A stretch of DNA of 64,000 nucleotides from the IMG/VR virus record IMGVR_UViG_3300027724_000012, positions 1,124 through 65,123 of that record; one strand, 5' to 3'. A program made the position numbers and the translations under genes. How positions within the stretch are numbered: the first letter of the stretch is position 1; every line of letters begins with the position of its first letter. Below, piece by piece: positions 30,564 through 39,686 of this stretch. Under the pieces are notes generated by a model. The model was given only the letters and a program-made list of their open reading frames with translations. It had not been told where the DNA came from and searched no databases. This DNA comes from a virus.

Positions 30564-30901
30564 TATAGATATTTTATTGTTATTATTGTAAAAAGTATTT
30601 TAAATATGTATTGTGTTTTCCAGCCGCCGATTTTTTGCCATGTAGAATCTATTACCGATACAGTTCCAACGTAATTCCAAGGTACTCCACGCATAAGATT
30701 TAGAGATGTATCAAAGATTAAGTAAAATACAGAGAGTAAAATTAGTACATGAGTGTTAAATAATATAGATATAATAAATAATACTAATACTCTGAATAAT
30801 GCTCTTGGTGTATGATCTTTAAAGTATCTACCCGCTTTTAATTCTTCTGCATCGTAATATGCTGAGAGTAGTGTGAATACGATTGTTAGGATATAGGACA
30901 T
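30563..30901 (-). CDS. Membrane protein
   Basis: Several hydrophobic segments; FDTSLNLMRG..WNYVG motif. Confidence 0.5.
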   Translation of the reverse strand: MSYILTIVFTLLSAYYDAEELKAGRYFKDHTPRALFRVLVLFIISILFNTHVLILLSVFYLIFDTSLNLMRGVPWNYVGTVSVIDSTWQKIGGWKTQYIFKILFTIITIKYL

Positions 30902-31668
30902 TAGTATAGATTAAATATATAACTATTTGCCACACTTACTATATCAGTATTTAATATTTCGGCAGGCAATATTGTAATTGATGATATTGTACCATTTAAT
31001 TTTGCACTTGCTGGTAAACCTAAAGCATTAATAAGTAATGATATTGTTGTAAAACTATTGTGTGCTAGTATAATAGGTGCTTGTGTTTGAGCACTTGTAT
31101 TATATAATAATCCTATATAATATACACCACTATTTATAGAAACTGGATTTGTAAAATCTTTAGTGTTATATGAAGATGGTAGTGCTTTCCATATATCCCC
31201 ATCATTAGTGGTACTTGCAATTAATACAAGTTTTTCATTTAAAATATCATATTCATATAAACCAATACCATTATAATCTGATGCTACATAATTACCTTTT
31301 GTTGTTTGAATCCATCCAAAACCATTAAGTATGGATGCTTTATTTATATGTACAGACATTAGATATAAAATTTGTTGCGAAAAAGCAACACTAGCTGTTC
31401 CAGTACCTAAATAATTACTATACTGTACATCACTACCTAATGCTTTTAATCTTTCTACATAAGAGTTTGTGTAGTATGCATCTCCTAATCCGTTGAGTAT
31501 ATACTCTGAACCATTCCACACATATATATTACCATCTTCTGTTACATAGATGACACCTGTAGATCCTTCTGTTGGTAGATCATCTACTGTATCGAAGAAT
31601 TGTGTTTTGCAACATATCTTTTGTTCTAAACGTTTTACCTTTTGTTCTAGTTGTTCTATTTTTGTCAT
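30901..31668 (-). CDS. Tail fibre protein
   Basis: N-terminal coiled coil, fibre module DDLPTEGSTGVIYVTEDGNIYVWNGSEYI, C-terminal beta-sandwich. Confidence 0.6.
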   Translation of the reverse strand: MTKIEQLEQKVKRLEQKICCKTQFFDTVDDLPTEGSTGVIYVTEDGNIYVWNGSEYILNGLGDAYYTNSYVERLKALGSDVQYSNYLGTGTASVAFSQQILYLMSVHINKASILNGFGWIQTTKGNYVASDYNGIGLYEYDILNEKLVLIASTTNDGDIWKALPSSYNTKDFTNPVSINSGVYYIGLLYNTSAQTQAPIILAHNSFTTISLLINALGLPASAKLNGTISSITILPAEILNTDIVSVANSYIFNLY

Positions 31669-31671
31669 GTA

Positions 31672-33204
31672 TTAGTTTATTATTGCATCTACTACAATAG
31701 GTTCTATAAAAGATGTAATGTTAGCACTTACTACTTTATTAGAGTAAGTATTCATTACTTTTATGTTTTTAGCTGATCCTGCATCTATAGAATTTGTTCC
31801 TGTTGTTATTATTGTACAGTCATCAAAATATACGTTATCTGCGCCAGCTCCAATTACATTACTTAAGTCAAATTTCTTATCTCCAAGATTAAATCTACCT
31901 CTAAATATTAACTTAGATGTAGAATCTAAAGTAACATATGGTACAACATCAGTATTTGTTGTAATATCTCCATCTATAATTATAGTTGAATTATTAACTA
32001 AAATAGATGTAATTACATTTGTATAGCTAAAAACAGTATATACTATACCCTTTTTTATATTAAAAACTACTGTTGAATTTACAATAGGATTTGCAGCACC
32101 AGAAGCACTTGATCTTAATATAGACTCTTCATTTATTTTTAAGTTATCTACATTAAATACAACACTTGATCCAGCTATACTTCTTCTCTTAAATAATAAA
32201 GGATAATCTATATCAACATTATTTAAATTAAATACAAAATTATTATTTGTATAATTTGTATTTGCCTGATCAGCGAACATTAAACCTATATAGTTTTCAA
32301 TAACATTAGGATCAGAACCTCTTTGTACTGTATTTTTAACATTTATTGTATAATTTTGATCAGAAACAGCCTTACCAGTAATATCAAATATAGTTAAAAA
32401 CCCACCCAAATGAGCATCTGCTCTATAATTATTAATATTTAAAGTAATTGATGCACCTGCTTTATCTAAAGCATCTATAGTATTACTCTGCTCGTAATTT
32501 AAAATACCTCTATCATAATTTAAAATACCCACATTACTAACATAATAATTATCTATATTTATATTTAAATAATCATCAAAACCTTGAATATAAAATAGTT
32601 GACTCGTTCCTGTTTTTGTTAAATCGGTTATGTTTATATTTCCTTTTGTTCCTGGATAAATAGTCCACCAAGAACTCATGGTTAAGTTTTTTATATCATA
32701 ATCTATAATAGCATTTCTAAAAGTTCCTAATGTATTATTTGCTGTTAAATCATCAGCTTTAAATGTTACTTTTTTATTAATAACGTCTACACTATTGTTT
32801 ATTACTGCATTAGTTTTAGTAATATTACCTTTTGCTTCTACAGATATATCTGATACTACAGGTAAACTATTACTCCATGTATAATCACCTTCACCTATAA
32901 CTAATTTATCACCTGATTGCAATACTGTTACTGCAGCATCTATAGTTTTAAATGGTAAATTAACAAACTCTCTCATACCTGTATCATCATTACCATATGT
33001 ATCATCTACATATACTGTTTTTGATGTAGGTGTAGTAGTTGTAATAAACTCTGAACCATTCCATAGATAAATAGCTCCTGTATCTTTTATTACGTATAGA
33101 GTATTTTCTGCACCGAGTACTGGTAAATCTAATAGGGTATCTACTTGATTTACACTAAAGTTTGGTTTGTATATTACTACTTTTCCTGTTGTTATTGTTG
33201 ACAT
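31672..33204 (-). CDS. Tail spike with pectin-lyase-like beta-helix (possible depolymerase)
   Basis: Same fibre module (DLPVLGAENTLYVIKDTGAIYLWNGSEFI), then beta-helix cap TVYVDDTYGNDDTG...PFKTIDAAV and N/I/V-rich repeats. Confidence 0.7.
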   Translation of the reverse strand: MSTITTGKVVIYKPNFSVNQVDTLLDLPVLGAENTLYVIKDTGAIYLWNGSEFITTTTPTSKTVYVDDTYGNDDTGMREFVNLPFKTIDAAVTVLQSGDKLVIGEGDYTWSNSLPVVSDISVEAKGNITKTNAVINNSVDVINKKVTFKADDLTANNTLGTFRNAIIDYDIKNLTMSSWWTIYPGTKGNINITDLTKTGTSQLFYIQGFDDYLNINIDNYYVSNVGILNYDRGILNYEQSNTIDALDKAGASITLNINNYRADAHLGGFLTIFDITGKAVSDQNYTINVKNTVQRGSDPNVIENYIGLMFADQANTNYTNNNFVFNLNNVDIDYPLLFKRRSIAGSSVVFNVDNLKINEESILRSSASGAANPIVNSTVVFNIKKGIVYTVFSYTNVITSILVNNSTIIIDGDITTNTDVVPYVTLDSTSKLIFRGRFNLGDKKFDLSNVIGAGADNVYFDDCTIITTGTNSIDAGSAKNIKVMNTYSNKVVSANITSFIEPIVVDAIIN

Positions 33205-33207
33205 GGG

Positions 33208-34638
33208 TTATGTGTTTACTGCTGCGAAAGTTGTAACATCAGATCCATCTACATATCTTATACGTGCAGTACCATCTGATCTTCTTATAATATCTTTTGT
33301 ATAGTTTCCTAACACTAATGTAGCGGTTGTAAAATCAGTAGATGACAATACGCTATCTAATCCATAAAAATTGTTGTTTCTAAAACTAACACCTGTTGTA
33401 TATAACATAGTTAAACCCGAAATTCTACCGTAGAAAGTATTATATACAAAAGCAGATAGTGCTGATGGATTAACATTTACAAACGTTAAAGATGCTGACG
33501 CGAGTACTGTACACCTATCCATAGTTTTCAATATGCAACCTTCTATCTGCCCTGTTATACTACAATTGTCAATTATTGTAAGTAGGTTACTTGTAAATGT
33601 TGGAGAATATATTTGACTATCTACTATTGTATCTACATAATTTAAAGTAAATTGATATCCATCTATAATAGATTTTGATATTGATTTAAAAGTTCCTGTA
33701 GCGTTTCCATGTGAATTTATAACAACATTATGAGCAGTTAAAATACGCATGTTAAAATAAGATATATTCTTATTAGTTACTGTATAACCCATGTAAGTTA
33801 TTTTCACATTTGATGGTATTGTAGAAAATAAGGTGACATCTTGATATAGTGCTGATACAGGTACAGTATGAGATGACGGAGATGTTATACTCGCACTACT
33901 TAATGCGCAATATTCAGCGTTGGTAAATGGAAATTTATACCACCAATATAAATCAGTAGTAGGATCATTACCTGTATTACCTGCTTTCATAGAAAGATAA
34001 ACATTACCATCCGCTCCTAACACTACTGCTGTAGCATTATAGGTCGTTCCTATATCCCACGCTGCGGAAACATCTAATTTCCATCTTCTAAATTTAACAG
34101 CCTTATAATCAAAAGGAACATCTATATTGTTGTCTGTATCTATTCTTCTATATATAAAACCTTTAGTAGCACCATTAACTACATTAGTATCGGCATTACT
34201 GTGACTGTAATAAACTATATCTTGAGGGTATGTTGTACTTTGCGCAATAGGGGATAGTTGATTATTATAAGTGGCAGTAACAATTAAAGGATCTAATGAT
34301 CCCGTATTAGTATCTGCTGTTCCAGGTATTGTATGTACAGTTTGATAATCTGTAATAAGATACTGTCTACCTTGTATTAAATCACTACCTGAAATAAGTG
34401 CTGCTAATTCAGCATATGTTACTTCATCTATTAGTTTAGTATATATCCCATTTGTTGTAGCTACTGTTATGTTATCTACTGTTGGATCTATTATTACTTC
34501 CGCAGTGATTGTTTGTAAGTCTGTACCTGATGCTGTAAAGTTTACAGTATCCCCGTCGTTAACTGTTACAGCTATATGGTCAGTACCACTTGATGCTGCT
34601 TCGGGTATTGTTACACCTAATCTTGATTGTATTTTCAT
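33208..34638 (-). CDS. Tail fibre/spike protein with MKIQS leader
   Basis: EVTYAELAALISGSDLIQGRQYLITDYQT, CBM-like AWDIGTTYNATAVV segment, C-terminal beta-helix-like region. Confidence 0.65.
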   Translation of the reverse strand: MKIQSRLGVTIPEAASSGTDHIAVTVNDGDTVNFTASGTDLQTITAEVIIDPTVDNITVATTNGIYTKLIDEVTYAELAALISGSDLIQGRQYLITDYQTVHTIPGTADTNTGSLDPLIVTATYNNQLSPIAQSTTYPQDIVYYSHSNADTNVVNGATKGFIYRRIDTDNNIDVPFDYKAVKFRRWKLDVSAAWDIGTTYNATAVVLGADGNVYLSMKAGNTGNDPTTDLYWWYKFPFTNAEYCALSSASITSPSSHTVPVSALYQDVTLFSTIPSNVKITYMGYTVTNKNISYFNMRILTAHNVVINSHGNATGTFKSISKSIIDGYQFTLNYVDTIVDSQIYSPTFTSNLLTIIDNCSITGQIEGCILKTMDRCTVLASASLTFVNVNPSALSAFVYNTFYGRISGLTMLYTTGVSFRNNNFYGLDSVLSSTDFTTATLVLGNYTKDIIRRSDGTARIRYVDGSDVTTFAAVNT

Positions 34639-34641
34639 TTG

Positions 34642-35082
34642 TTATCCAACTCTTATTTTGATAAATCTTGATGCGTAATCTTGCACATCGTTTACTAAAT
34701 CTTGGTACGATGTTACGTTATGTGTATCTGAGTATAGCTGTAATGCAAAAGAAGATGAAGCTCCTTTGGTAATTACTGCAGGTATTGTTACAGTATCGAG
34801 TCTACCTGATATAAAAGCTTTAGCTGCTGTAGCATAAATAGTAGAGTCATTTGTATCTATGATTCTAAATTCTACGTCCGCAGCTCCTGCAGCAGAAAAC
34901 GTAAAATTAAATACAACAAAATAATCTCCATCTGCTGATATAGTAGGTGAGTATATTGTTTGCCAAGATGCTGCTGCGGTATATGTTGTTTCTGTAACAG
35001 TTCTTTCCTGAGATGCACCTAAGAAAGTTCCTACTGCATCTGTAGACGATATTGTTACTCCTAATTTACTTTGTATTTTCAT
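34642..35082 (-). CDS. Small beta-sandwich protein with MKIQS leader
   Basis: 146 aa; GDYFVVFNFTF strand suggests a C1q/TNF-like jelly roll. Confidence 0.55.
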   Translation of the reverse strand: MKIQSKLGVTISSTDAVGTFLGASQERTVTETTYTAAASWQTIYSPTISADGDYFVVFNFTFSAAGAADVEFRIIDTNDSTIYATAAKAFISGRLDTVTIPAVITKGASSSFALQLYSDTHNVTSYQDLVNDVQDYASRFIKIRVG

Positions 35083-35087
35083 TTGTA

Positions 35088-35453
35088 TTAATTATAAACT
35101 ATTATTTCTATAGGTGTAAATAATAATAAACCATTAGTAGCAATACTTCCATCTGTAGAAGTTAGTATTTGACCAATACTATCTGTAACTATTACAGCAT
35201 GTGATTTAATATGTACTCCAGTATTAACAACAGATCCAGAACTTAAAGTTGTAAATGTTTTTAATAATGTAAACAATCCAGTTGAGTTTATATTATATAA
35301 ACCTGGACTAACATAACTAAAAGTAACAATACCTCCAAGTGTATTTTCTAACACTATAGCGGTTGGAGCATTTGTACCAGTTTGGCTTAAAAGTGCTCTG
35401 TATACTTTATATCCTAATGGTATAGTAACACCTAATTTACTTTGTATTTTCAT
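35088..35453 (-). CDS. KVY-ALLTQ family protein with MKIQS leader
   Basis: YKVYRALLSQTGTNAPTAIVLENTLGG...IEIIVYN. Confidence 0.6.
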   Translation of the reverse strand: MKIQSKLGVTIPLGYKVYRALLSQTGTNAPTAIVLENTLGGIVTFSYVSPGLYNINSTGLFTLLKTFTTLSSGSVVNTGVHIKSHAVIVTDSIGQILTSTDGSIATNGLLLFTPIEIIVYN

Positions 35454-35456
35454 ATC

Positions 35457-35729
35457 TTATAATACGTTTGAAAATTTATCACAACAATCTTCGTTAGTCA
35501 ATTTAACCCTTAGTGGATCTGCTACACCAACTAAACTATAAGTTGTACCACTTGTCTGATCTGTATTAAATACACTACCATCGTATAATTGCCAATCTAT
35601 TGTAAATCCATCACATCCTTCAGTCCATAGTACTGCGTCACTACTTTGTTTTATGATACTTGCATAACAATTACAATCACAACCACCAGAAACGGGTATA
35701 GTAACACCTAATCTACTTTGTATTTTCAT
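35457..35729 (-). CDS. Small Cys-rich protein with MKIQS leader
   Basis: CDCNC...EGCDGFTIDW.LYDG...CCDK; paralog of 35753. Confidence 0.6.
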   Translation of the reverse strand: MKIQSRLGVTIPVSGGCDCNCYASIIKQSSDAVLWTEGCDGFTIDWQLYDGSVFNTDQTSGTTYSLVGVADPLRVKLTNEDCCDKFSNVL

Positions 35730-35752
35730 CTTAAGAGTTTATTTGTTAAGTT

Positions 35753-36046
35753 TTAAGTATTTACCCATATTGTATTAGTGATTTTATCACAACAATTACT
35801 TTTTCTAAAGACAACAAATATAAGTTCACTTGGATCAGTTGGTGTATATGTATTATCATTAGCCGTACCTGGGATTACTGGAAAATTTTCGTCTCCGTCA
35901 TACTTACACCAATCCCACTCAAAATCATCACAACCTTCGTGAAACAGATGTACAACATCCCCAGGAGTTTCCTGTCTTATACTACCCCAACAGTTGCATG
36001 AACAATCGGTTGGTATTGTAACTCCAAGTCTACTTTGTATTTTCAT
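35753..36046 (-). CDS. Small Cys-rich protein with MKIQS leader
   Basis: CSCNC...EGCDDFEWDW.KYDG...CCDK; paralog of 35457. Confidence 0.6.
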   Translation of the reverse strand: MKIQSRLGVTIPTDCSCNCWGSIRQETPGDVVHLFHEGCDDFEWDWCKYDGDENFPVIPGTANDNTYTPTDPSELIFVVFRKSNCCDKITNTIWVNT

Positions 36047-36054
36047 TTTATTTA

Positions 36055-36420
36055 TTAAGGATAAACTCTTATTTCTATATATTCTTCAATTTCAGAGTGT
36101 AACTCATATGGTATTTCAGATGAATCATACGAAACAAGTTGTACGGTGTCATTAGATAATCTAAATAATTTTAATCCTACTTTAGCATCTCCTCCAGAAC
36201 CATTATATTGGGCTATCGCCCATGTTTTACCTAATGGAAATGCTGCCGCCAGAGTTCCTAAATATATTCCAGTACTTGTTCTTGTCCAAACAATTACTCC
36301 AGATAATGTATTTTCTAATACAGTTACAATAGGAGCATCTGTTAACACTTGCGTTAAAATAGCAGTATATATTAAATATGGCTTAGATATAGTTACACCT
36401 AATTTAGATTGTGTTTTCAT
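36055..36420 (-). CDS. KVY-ALLTQ family protein with MKTQS leader
   Basis: YLIYTAILTQVLTDAPIVTVLENTLSG...IEIRVYP. Confidence 0.6.
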   Translation of the reverse strand: MKTQSKLGVTISKPYLIYTAILTQVLTDAPIVTVLENTLSGVIVWTRTSTGIYLGTLAAAFPLGKTWAIAQYNGSGGDAKVGLKLFRLSNDTVQLVSYDSSEIPYELHSEIEEYIEIRVYP

Positions 36421-36431
36421 TTATATATTTT

Positions 36432-38057
36432 TTATGCGCAGCTTCTACTTACATTAATATAATGTGTTCCTGGGGGAGCTGTAGCTTTTATGTCATATAT
36501 CAAATTTGCGCCGATTATTCCTACATTTTCATACACATCTGTAGGATAAGATACAACTGCATAAGTAGGTGTAGTAAATCCTGTAGGACAAGTATCTGCA
36601 AATAAAGTTGCTAATGCTACTGAATTAGCTGTAGTACCTACTGTACCACTATCGTACACTGGAAGTGGATCTCCTTCGTTAACTACACCTGATAATGTAA
36701 ATGGTGTCATTATACCATCTCCTGTTAGTGTAAGATTTATATCTGAAGTATCTGTTACAGCCATTGCTGTTGGAGTAACAATAAGGGGATCTCCTACTGT
36801 ACCGTCACCCGTGGAGTTAGAACCTAATGCGTGATGAATAACGTCATCTCCCCAACCATCTCCATCTCCTGGATCTAAAGTAGCGTTTATTGTTACTTCG
36901 TTTGTATCTGTAGTTATTGTAACGTTTGTTCCAGCCTTAAGCGTTCTCGCTTCAAAGTTGAGACCTGTTTTTTGTTTATATAGTTCTCCATCTCCTGTAC
37001 CTATATTAGACATAGTATTTGCTTCACCTTCTCCAAGATTTATACAATCACAATTTCTAACCCACACTTCTCCATCGTATGTATAAATAGATACTGCACC
37101 TGGATGTGTTACAAACACTACATCTCCTTCTGAAGGAGTATATCCTGCTGGTAACAGTAAAGTTACATCTGCTGGTAATATACCAGGTGGACAAGATGGA
37201 CAAGGTATTGCTTCACAATCTTCTTCGCTACATATATGTATAAATCGAGTATCAGCTGCTGGATTACAATCTATACCATAACCAGAAGTAGCATCCCCAT
37301 CAGCATTTCTTAAAACTATCCAACAATAATCAGAAAGAGTTAAAGTTGGATGTTGTGCTGTTAATACTGCTATATCTGCTAGTGATAAATCACTAAATTC
37401 TAATGGATATATTTTATGATCAAATGTATTTTTATCATCAATTATAGGAGAAATAGTAAAGGTTACATTACAACTAACTTGGAATTCATCTACACCTACT
37501 ACACACCATAAATCGTATGTTCCTACTACATTTAATGTAGGATCTATATGTGTAAATTGACCTTTACCAGTTAAAGTATCCCAGCTAACTAGAACACCAT
37601 TTGTAACACTCAATTCATTTAATCTCCATTCGGTTACTCCTAATGTACATTTAGTATCATTTATTGACACATCTATACACGCACAACCATTATCTGGATT
37701 ACCTCCACCTGCTGGTGAACATTCCGAAGCAGCTGCTATTAATGTAGTAGTATTATTAATTAGATTTGAATCTGTAAGAGTTCCTGTAGCAGTATATTCT
37801 ATTTCAAATGGTCCATCTAATATATTAGTAACAGTAACTCTAAGATATAGATATGTTTCTGTTTTACCGGGTAAAGATGGTATAGTCCATGTTAATGTAC
37901 CAGGTACAAATGTACCTTGTGTATTACTATGTGAATCGTATGCAATACCAGCAGGTAATGCATCTATTACAGTTACTATATTTGTATCTGTATAAGATGA
38001 TTCATTTTTTACTTTTATCGCATAAATAAATTTATCACCGTTTTGAGTATAGCTCAT
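36432..38057 (-). CDS. Acidic structural protein with N-terminal DUF11-like Ig domain
   Basis: YAIKVKN...DALPAGIAY...WTIPSL...DSNLINN (DUF11 pattern); later fibre motifs such as TLKAGTNVTIT; Cys-rich linkers. Confidence 0.6.
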   Translation of the reverse strand: MSYTQNGDKFIYAIKVKNESSYTDTNIVTVIDALPAGIAYDSHSNTQGTFVPGTLTWTIPSLPGKTETYLYLRVTVTNILDGPFEIEYTATGTLTDSNLINNTTTLIAAASECSPAGGGNPDNGCACIDVSINDTKCTLGVTEWRLNELSVTNGVLVSWDTLTGKGQFTHIDPTLNVVGTYDLWCVVGVDEFQVSCNVTFTISPIIDDKNTFDHKIYPLEFSDLSLADIAVLTAQHPTLTLSDYCWIVLRNADGDATSGYGIDCNPAADTRFIHICSEEDCEAIPCPSCPPGILPADVTLLLPAGYTPSEGDVVFVTHPGAVSIYTYDGEVWVRNCDCINLGEGEANTMSNIGTGDGELYKQKTGLNFEARTLKAGTNVTITTDTNEVTINATLDPGDGDGWGDDVIHHALGSNSTGDGTVGDPLIVTPTAMAVTDTSDINLTLTGDGIMTPFTLSGVVNEGDPLPVYDSGTVGTTANSVALATLFADTCPTGFTTPTYAVVSYPTDVYENVGIIGANLIYDIKATAPPGTHYINVSRSCA

Positions 38058-38071
38058 TATTATTATATTTT

Positions 38072-38536
38072 TTAAATTACTGATAAACCACCTGTAGTAC
38101 TACCTAATATAGAACCACCAGTTATTAAACCTCCTGGTAATGAATCACAATCTCCTGTACATTTGTTACATTTTTCGTTACTAGCACAACTAACAGCTAA
38201 ACAATTATTTTTATATACAATTATGATTTTACCAACAGCTGAAAGTATTCCACAAGCAACTCTATATGTAATTTCTCCTGATTCATAATTATTATTTACA
38301 GGAACAAAATCTATTTGAGTGGAACTTATAGTTACATTTGCTACATTTTTATATGATACTATACTATAATTAACAGGATTAGTACCACATTTAGTAATAA
38401 TAGGAGTAATATCTATTTCTCCTGATAAATCACACGCAGTAACTGAATCTGATACAAGCATGTTTGGTGCATATATACAGTTAGAATTACATGGACTTGA
38501 CGGCGGATTTAGCACCGTACATCTACATAGACTCAT
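38072..38536 (-). CDS. Cys-rich small structural protein
   Basis: 154 aa with many Cys (CASNEKCNKCTGDC) flanking an Ig-like core. Confidence 0.5.
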   Translation of the reverse strand: MSLCRCTVLNPPSSPCNSNCIYAPNMLVSDSVTACDLSGEIDITPIITKCGTNPVNYSIVSYKNVANVTISSTQIDFVPVNNNYESGEITYRVACGILSAVGKIIIVYKNNCLAVSCASNEKCNKCTGDCDSLPGGLITGGSILGSTTGGLSVI

Positions 38537-38561
38537 TATAAGTTATTTATATTGTTAATTA

Positions 38562-39110
38562 TTAATTCTCTGTCACAGTAATTACACATGTAGCTGTAAA
38601 ACCACCATCTGTTGATGTAAATGTAATTGTAGTGACACCTGCTGTATCTCCTACGTAAGTTACTAAACCTGAAGAGTTAACTGTAGCTCTAGTTGGTACA
38701 GAAGATGTCCAAGTACCTGTTTGCACAGCCCCTGAAGGAAGTACCGTAGCAGTAAGTTGCCTTGTAGCTGGAGTACCATCAAGTACTGTGCCTGTTAAAC
38801 ATCCAGTAATAACAACACCTGTTGCGCTAACATCTGGATCATTTGCAAAACCACATGTAGTAGTAATAGCTTCATCTATAGTTTGTAGTACAATAGAACC
38901 ATCTATAATAAGTATAGCCATTCTATCATCTTGATCTCCAGATGATGGATTAAAGTTAGGTAAAACTACAAATCCCCTAGCATCTACATACGCTCCACAT
39001 TCTGGATCATTATATTCGATAAATTCTACAGGAACTTTAATTCTACCTTTGATTCTAGAAGCTACGCCTCTAGCAAGATATAATCTATTATCTCTTGGAT
39101 TGATTTTCAT
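38562..39110 (-). CDS. Virion protein with C-terminal Big_2 Ig-like domain
   Basis: QLTATVLPS...TWTSS..RATVNSSGLVT...ITFTSTDGGFTATCVITV. Confidence 0.8.
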   Translation of the reverse strand: MKINPRDNRLYLARGVASRIKGRIKVPVEFIEYNDPECGAYVDARGFVVLPNFNPSSGDQDDRMAILIIDGSIVLQTIDEAITTTCGFANDPDVSATGVVITGCLTGTVLDGTPATRQLTATVLPSGAVQTGTWTSSVPTRATVNSSGLVTYVGDTAGVTTITFTSTDGGFTATCVITVTEN

Positions 39111-39123
39111 TTATATATTATTT

Positions 39124-39615
39124 TTAACATTTACAATTTAAGTGCTCAAACATTTTAACTAAAAGTTCATAATGTTGTATAGCTTTGGTTCGATTACAGA
39201 TAATGGAGTTAGATTTTATAAATTCTATCTCTCTATATATTGGCCATATTTTATCGTTGTATTCTGTTATATCATGTTTTAACAATAATTTAGAATATGA
39301 ACACATTATATGTATTAATATAGCTTCGCATCTAGTAAATATTTGTCCACAAACATCTATTTGAAACTCATATATACCATCATTACCACAACCATTATCA
39401 GAAGGAAGATCACAATAATTTATTATAGTTGATCCACCAACTCTAATATTTATTGTATTAGTTTTTTTACCATTTATAATAGTGATAGGATACTCTATTA
39501 TTGGTTCGTTATATTCTGAAGTAATCCATTCTGATTTATCTATAAACAAAAGATAATCTTTTTTATATTCTATTATAAAATTAAAATTATCATTTGCTAT
39601 ACATGAACACTTCAT
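39124..39615 (-). CDS. Putative tail hub protein
   Basis: IDKSEW, DGIYEF and helical C-terminus ending CKC; position after the auxiliary capsid gene as in crAss synteny. Confidence 0.45.
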   Translation of the reverse strand: MKCSCIANDNFNFIIEYKKDYLLFIDKSEWITSEYNEPIIEYPITIINGKKTNTINIRVGGSTIINYCDLPSDNGCGNDGIYEFQIDVCGQIFTRCEAILIHIMCSYSKLLLKHDITEYNDKIWPIYREIEFIKSNSIICNRTKAIQHYELLVKMFEHLNCKC

Positions 39616-39634
39616 TATCTATTATTTTTATTTT

Positions 39635-39664
39635 AAAAGTTGGGGAGAACATTACATTCTCCCC
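39635..39664 (-). terminator. Rho-independent terminator
   Basis: Stem GGGGAGAA/TTCTCCCC with 7-nt loop followed by AACTTTT on the minus strand, after 39687..41387. Confidence 0.7.
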
Positions 39665-39686
39665 TTATATTATCAGCTATTAACTA

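Noticed and set aside
33208..36420. Tag repeats as a CRISPR array, shufflon or DGR
   Set aside because: The repeats are in-frame gene starts with synonymous divergence and gene-length spacing, all in one orientation; no recombinase, reverse transcriptase or cas gene is seen in the window.
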